DNA of 64,000 nucleotides from a virus: positions 42,579 through 106,578 of IMG/VR virus record IMGVR_UViG_3300047496_000172; one strand, 5' to 3'. Of this stretch, positions 59,172-64,000 are shown piece by piece (position 1 is the first letter of the stretch; each line of letters begins with the position of its first letter). The notes beneath the pieces are model-generated. The model was not told where the DNA came from, made no database searches, and saw only the letters and a program-made list of their open reading frames with translations. A program made the translations under genes and the position numbers.

Positions 59172-60069
59172 ATCGTTCGATCACTTGTCTCATTTCACGC
59201 ATTAATGCGTCAACGCTGATATCACGCTTCACCACCTGGGACAAGTCGCCGTAATGCTCTTCCAGACAGTTGAGCAAAATGTTTCGGATCACCATTTCAT
59301 CCGGAGAATGAGGTAGCTTGCTTGTAGTATACACGTCTTCAAGCGAACGTTCCTTCTCATCGAAATAAGTTTGGATACGTTCCAGAGACCATTCGCCACG
59401 ACGAATACTCTTCAACTGCTCGCGATTGCGCTGAAGATCAAGATCACCTTCGATCATGATCTGCTCTACTTCCGCAAGTAGTCTTACTACATGCATCGCA
59501 AATTTAAGATCATAGCCATGTTCTTCTATTGTTGCAGCGCGTTTTGGATTAGATTTATTTTGTCCGCCTTTTATTTTACTCATTTGGGCGAACGAATAAC
59601 CTTTGAACTTAAACCAAGCCCCTTTATGTAAGAAAAGTTTACGGTTCTCGCGGACGATAGAACTAATTTTCGTAGAATGTATAACACAATTATTCGGCGT
59701 AAACAAACTGGCAATTAAATTTGGATTATTTTCCATACAAAGTTGAAAATACTTAATTATACTAAAAATTGAAAAATCGTATTCTTTTGCTCCACTTGGG
59801 TCTTTAATATGATGCTGCTGATATTGTTCAAACTTTTCTGGCTGTTTACCAAACCCGAAAATTACACCAGCTTCATGAGGAAAAATTATATGACGAGGGG
59901 GAACGCAAAAACCATATATATCAATGTCAGAATCATCAGTGCTACAGCCATAGGCAGCACTTCCCATAATGGTTAAATATGCCGTATTATCGGGCATCCA
60001 TTTTGGGCATGGCATCAAACCGGCAGATTGGAGTTTCTGAATGATCATTTTTAATGAATAGCGCGCCAA
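59161..60069 (-). CDS. Pol-beta-superfamily nucleotidyltransferase (RlaP/YcgL-like)
   Basis: GSAAYG.STDDSDIDIYG, NPN, YDLKFAMH..RL. Confidence 0.88.
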   Translation of the reverse strand: MARYSLKMIIQKLQSAGLMPCPKWMPDNTAYLTIMGSAAYGCSTDDSDIDIYGFCVPPRHIIFPHEAGVIFGFGKQPEKFEQYQQHHIKDPSGAKEYDFSIFSIIKYFQLCMENNPNLIASLFTPNNCVIHSTKISSIVRENRKLFLHKGAWFKFKGYSFAQMSKIKGGQNKSNPKRAATIEEHGYDLKFAMHVVRLLAEVEQIMIEGDLDLQRNREQLKSIRRGEWSLERIQTYFDEKERSLEDVYTTSKLPHSPDEMVIRNILLNCLEEHYGDLSQVVKRDISVDALMREMRQVIERYGG

Positions 60070-60079
60070 GCTATTTTAG

Positions 60080-60279
60080 TCAATCATTAAATTTTCTGCG
60101 GTGATCAGCAATGGAACAACACAATTCAATAAATTCATTTTGTTCCATATCCATTTTGATTTGGTTAACTTTTTTATGAAGCCATTGGACATTCTCAATC
60201 GTATATCCTTTTTTGAGTCAATCCTATCTAAAGAAGCCGTTTTATTCTGTGGCCGCCCCAATGAAATTGGTATTCCATG
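60080..60279 (-). pseudogene. truncated, frameshifted HNH-type endonuclease remnant
   Basis: SLDRIDSK|KGYTIENVQWLHKKVNQIKMD after a -1 shift at A-AAA-AAG (60208..60214). Confidence 0.75.
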
Positions 60280-60296
60280 ATATGTATCCTTACCTT

Positions 60297-61082
60297 TTAA
60301 TCTCTCATTTTGAAATGAATAGCTTCAACATCACTTGAAAAAATCCAACCAGTATCTTTAACTCTTATGACTGGATTATAGCAATTTGCAACTATCCAAG
60401 ACCAAGAATCTATGACGTATTCATTTAATTCTTCGAAGGTATTTTCTTTTTCTACATTATCGATTACAAAACTACCAGAAAGTTTTCTAGTAGAATCGAG
60501 TTCTGGAATAAAGGTATCTTCGATAAAGACATTTTTATAGAAAATAGATTTATAATTTTTAAACCATGTCAAAAAATGATCTTTGGTAGTCTGACTACCA
60601 AAAGCTACAAATGTCTTTGGTATTGCGTAGCCATATTGATCAGCATTTTTTGAATTTGAATTATGACGAGTTACAAATCCATAATCTTTAAAATTTTCTC
60701 CGAAGTTTTTAACCCAAATTGTATAATGGAAACGCATAGTTTCGTCAGTAACGTCAAAATCACTAACAAGAAGCTCTAAACAATCATCAAATTTTTCACC
60801 GTTATCTATGGTGCGAACCAGAGGATTTTTTGGAAAAGAAGGTGTTGCGTATGCGCTCATAGAGCCACCTGTATGAATTGATCCTCCTCCAAGAGGTACA
60901 CCATAAGTTAAACCTCCTGTTCCAGGCGCAGCGGGAGCATGAAGTTGCCCGTAACTTGGATTTGGTATAGGAGCAAATATGTTTGTATATGGAGGATAAT
61001 TGGTGTAGTCTGTAATCATTGTTGTTAACCACGCGATATTTGCGGTGGTTGCTACAGAGCAATTCGTAGAATTTGCAGTCAC
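60297..61082 (-). CDS. FKMR-family protein with N-terminal extension
   Basis: WIVANC...IFSSDVEAIHFKMR. Confidence 0.65.
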   Translation of the reverse strand: MTANSTNCSVATTANIAWLTTMITDYTNYPPYTNIFAPIPNPSYGQLHAPAAPGTGGLTYGVPLGGGSIHTGGSMSAYATPSFPKNPLVRTIDNGEKFDDCLELLVSDFDVTDETMRFHYTIWVKNFGENFKDYGFVTRHNSNSKNADQYGYAIPKTFVAFGSQTTKDHFLTWFKNYKSIFYKNVFIEDTFIPELDSTRKLSGSFVIDNVEKENTFEELNEYVIDSWSWIVANCYNPVIRVKDTGWIFSSDVEAIHFKMRD

Positions 61083-61168
61083 GATAATTCCTAAATATTT
61101 TCAGATTATGTGTAGACTATAATAAAAAACGTGGTATTATGCAATATAAGTTTTAAGGAGATAACTCA

Positions 61169-61609
61169 ATGACCTCCCCTAGCATGATTCAAATCACTAC
61201 CGAACTGGCCGATCTGCGGCAAGCGTTTGTGCGTGAAGGTTTCGACCTTCGTTTCGTTGGCGGCATGGTTCGAGATATCATGCTGGGTGTCGATTTTCAC
61301 GATGTAGACCTGTGTTCGGATGCCAATCCTGACGAACAAATCGCAATTTATAAGGCGAATGGTTTCGCCTATTATGAGACTGGAATTAAACATGGGACTG
61401 TTACGGTTCATATCAACAATAATAATTATGAAATAACCAGTCTGCGGACAGAAACTGATCATGATGGTCGTCATGCTACTGTCCAATTTAGTTCGGAACA
61501 GAGTTTAAATCCTGATCTTCTTCAAAAATTTATAGATATGGGCTATAATCCAGATCAAGAGTATGATTTTCAGGAATTGATGGCAGTATTTCAGCGTATA
61601 AACCGATAA
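61169..61609 (+). CDS. cca: CCA-adding enzyme, N-terminal half
   Basis: VGGMVRD..DVD (motif A), G.KHGTV, EITSLRTE..DGRHATV.F. Confidence 0.88.
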   Translation: MTSPSMIQITTELADLRQAFVREGFDLRFVGGMVRDIMLGVDFHDVDLCSDANPDEQIAIYKANGFAYYETGIKHGTVTVHINNNNYEITSLRTETDHDGRHATVQFSSEQSLNPDLLQKFIDMGYNPDQEYDFQELMAVFQRINR

Positions 61610-61931
61610 GATACGGTTTATTTAATTTTTTTGTAAAATGAGTTATCCCGAACTTTGATTTTCCAAGATAATTTTCTGCATTGAAAATTATGATAGATTG
61701 GTTGAATACGTGGATTTTTGTTTTGAAATTAAAAATATATCTGACGAATCAGTAAGCTTAATTTTACCGGCAACATTGGTAAGGAAAATTTCACCAGCTT
61801 TAGAATTCAAAACAGCCAAGATTCTCAAAATGTTTTAAAATAATATTTTTCATTATATTCTTGTTTATTTTTCTTGTTATGATATATTTATTAAATAGTG
61901 CCAATCGACGCGATTTAAGGATAAATACATT

Positions 61932-62780
61932 ATGAAAATAAAGTTAAAGAGTTTTGTGGATATTATTACGGACCAAAATAGGCGTGATTTGACCATAAAT
62001 TCCATGAGCATGACATTCGATGGCGATCTGATCGATCCTTACAATGGCGCCGCCGATCTGAGAAACAAGATTGTTCGTTTTGTTGGAAATCCAGAAATCA
62101 GGATTAAAGAAGATGCATTGAGAATTTTAAGATTCTTGCGTTTTCATGGACGGTTTTCTCAAGGTAAACCATTAAATAATGAAGCGATGAAAGCTATTAT
62201 CCGTAACGCTGAAGGGCTGAAGGGTATCTCTCGCGAACGTGTTTGGATGGAAATGGCTAAAATCGTTACCGGAAATGATGCGAAATATCTGGTCCGAAAT
62301 ATTTACGATATGCATCTGGCCGAAATGATTGGCCTGCCCAATGGTGATGTCAATCGTCTGCAACGACATACCAAGAATCCGGTTACGCTGATGACTTCGA
62401 TGCTGGGAGCAGAAATCGAAGGGCTGACACAAGAATGGAAGTGGAGTGCTGAAGAACGCGATCTGGCTCTGTTTCTGTCTAAGTTTATCAACAAGACTAC
62501 GGATTTCTTTTATACGGATACCAACTATAAGCGGCTGGTAGCCCATGATGGATTTTCAAAGGAATGGGTTTCCGAACTGGCTTTGATGCATAACAACAAG
62601 GTCTTTGCCACTTCTGTAAGGGACTGGGAAGTTCCGACGTTTCCGGTTAAAGGTGTTGATCTGATCAAGGCTGGCATCAAGCCGGGTCCGCAAATGGGTG
62701 AAAAGCTGAGAGAAATGAAGAAGGCTTGGGCCGATTCATTCTACTCTCGAACCAAAGATTCTCTGATGAAAATGATTTAA
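61932..62780 (+). CDS. cca: CCA-adding enzyme, C-terminal half
   Basis: RRDLTIN (motif B), EDALRILR (motif D), SRERVW.E (motif E), FPV.G.DL..G..PGP.MG. Confidence 0.9.
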   Translation: MKIKLKSFVDIITDQNRRDLTINSMSMTFDGDLIDPYNGAADLRNKIVRFVGNPEIRIKEDALRILRFLRFHGRFSQGKPLNNEAMKAIIRNAEGLKGISRERVWMEMAKIVTGNDAKYLVRNIYDMHLAEMIGLPNGDVNRLQRHTKNPVTLMTSMLGAEIEGLTQEWKWSAEERDLALFLSKFINKTTDFFYTDTNYKRLVAHDGFSKEWVSELALMHNNKVFATSVRDWEVPTFPVKGVDLIKAGIKPGPQMGEKLREMKKAWADSFYSRTKDSLMKMI

Positions 62781-62792
62781 GGAGTTTTCAAA

Positions 62793-63060
62793 ATGCAATA
62801 CATTCTTACCCAAAGAAGAGTTTGATGATCTCAAAGCCAAACGACGCGAGGAATTGAAACTTTCTCGTAAAAAGCTTCAAACACTTTGCACAAAAATTAG
62901 CGATACTATGCCGGTCGATTGGGGATGGGGAGAAGGAAACCCCAAACCTTGGGGGTGTATTCTTTCTACGGATGAAGAATGGTATTGCGACGAATGTCCC
63001 GTATCCGAGATTTGTCCTAAAGAGTACTGTCGGATGGGTTCGTTTTACTATGTTTGGTAA
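62793..63060 (+). pseudogene. Cys-rich hypothetical gene with +1 frameshift after codon 7
   Basis: SD AAGGAG, MQYILTQ, then EEFDDLKAKRREELKLSRKK continues in the +1 frame. Confidence 0.55.
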
Positions 63061-63395
63061 GGATGTTTGGATTGCAATCCGATCTACCAAATATCATTAA
63101 ATCGTCAGCCTCAGAATTGAAGAATATCAATGAATCGCTGCTTTTGACCTTCATACGAAAAATGCGTCATCGCGGCGCCGAAAAGTTTTTCATGCCTACC
63201 CCAGATATTCGCAATGGATCAGGATATTATCCGAATGGCCATGGAATAAATCCAACAACACGAGAACCCAATAAACCGCCGCCAGTGGCTACTTATGATT
63301 CACTTCCAAAGAAAATGCGTTTCAAAAAAGAAATTATCAATGGCTTGGACAATAGAGTTGATGGGGATACGGCTTGGGTGCTTGAGAGCCGTTAA
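63054..63395 (+). CDS. hypothetical protein
   Basis: ORF only. Confidence 0.45.
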   Translation: MVRMFGLQSDLPNIIKSSASELKNINESLLLTFIRKMRHRGAEKFFMPTPDIRNGSGYYPNGHGINPTTREPNKPPPVATYDSLPKKMRFKKEIINGLDNRVDGDTAWVLESR

Positions 63396-64000
63396 ATGAT
63401 ATCGTAACTGTTTGGATCGAAATTGGTAGAGAATGCCGATTTAATTTGGCTTGGTGAAAAAACCACATAATGATTTGAAACAAAATGGCCTCTAGGACTG
63501 TCATCGATGTTGAGTGCAATGAATCCATCATAACCTTGTTGCTTGGCGGACTTAATCATTCCTTCAAAATCTATACCTACAGCAGGACCATTACCACCAC
63601 CTTTAAAGTCATATACGGCTGGTTTTTGAATTGAAAGATAAACTGGTAAGATGTTCTGTCCGGTTATTTCATCTTCACGAGTAGCATCAATCTCTAAAGT
63701 TTCCCATGCGCTCATAGCGTCCTCGTAAGGTCTCCAATTACCGGTTTTTTGAGCTTGTTGCTCTAAACGGAAGACTTCATTTTGTAAACGTTCTCTTTTT
63801 CTTTCGAAATATTCTACGTCATGGACGGTGTGTCTACCGGCATTTTCAGCATAATTAGCGGCTTCATCTGGATTGGAAGTGAAGAAGAAACCTAGAGTGG
63901 CGCCGCCATTTTCACCGGTAGACAGACCACCGCGAGTAGCAGAGAACGCATTTATTGGTTGGTTTGTTCCGTGATAAACTTTTAGTGGTTTTCCAGTATC
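63392..64000 (-). CDS. ADP-ribosyltransferase-fold (ART-PolyVal-like) protein, 5' end outside window
   Basis: Frame open to window edge: GKPLKVYHGT..GFFFTS..A.NYA..VYLSI.KP..GYDG..YVVFSPSQIKS. Confidence 0.75.
   Translation of the reverse strand, partial: DTGKPLKVYHGTNQPINAFSATRGGLSTGENGGATLGFFFTSNPDEAANYAENAGRHTVHDVEYFERKRERLQNEVFRLEQQAQKTGNWRPYEDAMSAWETLEIDATREDEITGQNILPVYLSIQKPAVYDFKGGGNGPAVGIDFEGMIKSAKQQGYDGFIALNIDDSPRGHFVSNHYVVFSPSQIKSAFSTNFDPNSYDII

Noticed and set aside
61638-61838. Second UGA-readthrough ORF in the cca spacer (MSYPEL*FSKII...)
   Set aside because: No SD and no recognisable homology; likely chance or a decayed insert
61487-61980. Split intein or group I intron in cca
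   Set aside because: No intein blocks, no Asn-Cys/Ser/Thr junction (QN|R) and no recognisable P7 core. A covariance-model scan is still needed to exclude an intron.
5742-62546. Many antisense or overlapping track ORFs (e.g. 5742..6215, 14406..14927, 17695..18006, 18412..18840, 29646..30026, 62172..62546)
   Set aside because: Shadow frames of well-supported genes, with no motifs or start signals
1-64000. Genome-wide UGA reassignment
   Set aside because: Many genes end cleanly at TGA, and long genes have no internal TGA. The release factor is the only recognisable gene with one.

Overview
AT-rich, gene-dense segment of what looks like a jumbo myophage genome. Evidence: T4-type TAAATA late-promoter motifs, tail-fibre/virion gene blocks, homing-endonuclease remnants, an intein and many short paralogous ORFs. 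The host is probably an alphaproteobacterium (two GcrA-like genes, a PEPxxWA-CTERM protein). The window carries a large translation/RNA-repair toolkit: a class-I release factor interrupted by one in-frame UGA, tRNA-Thr(CGU), an RNA-ligase-like gene, CysRS, GluRS, a CCA-adding enzyme split into two genes, an RlaP-like nucleotidyltransferase and phosphoesterases. It also carries stress modules (PrkA-YeaH-SpoVR with an intein, PspA-DUF1190-GspS, an HD alarmone-hydrolase-like gene, MazG, AlkB), three ADP-ribosyltransferase-like genes and modular receptor-binding-protein paralogs. The best candidate for a novel system is the UGA-gated, domain-1-less release factor with a hybrid SPT decoding motif, set among RNA ligase, tRNA, ATP-grasp and kinase genes. 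All family calls come from motif recognition by eye; no searches were run.
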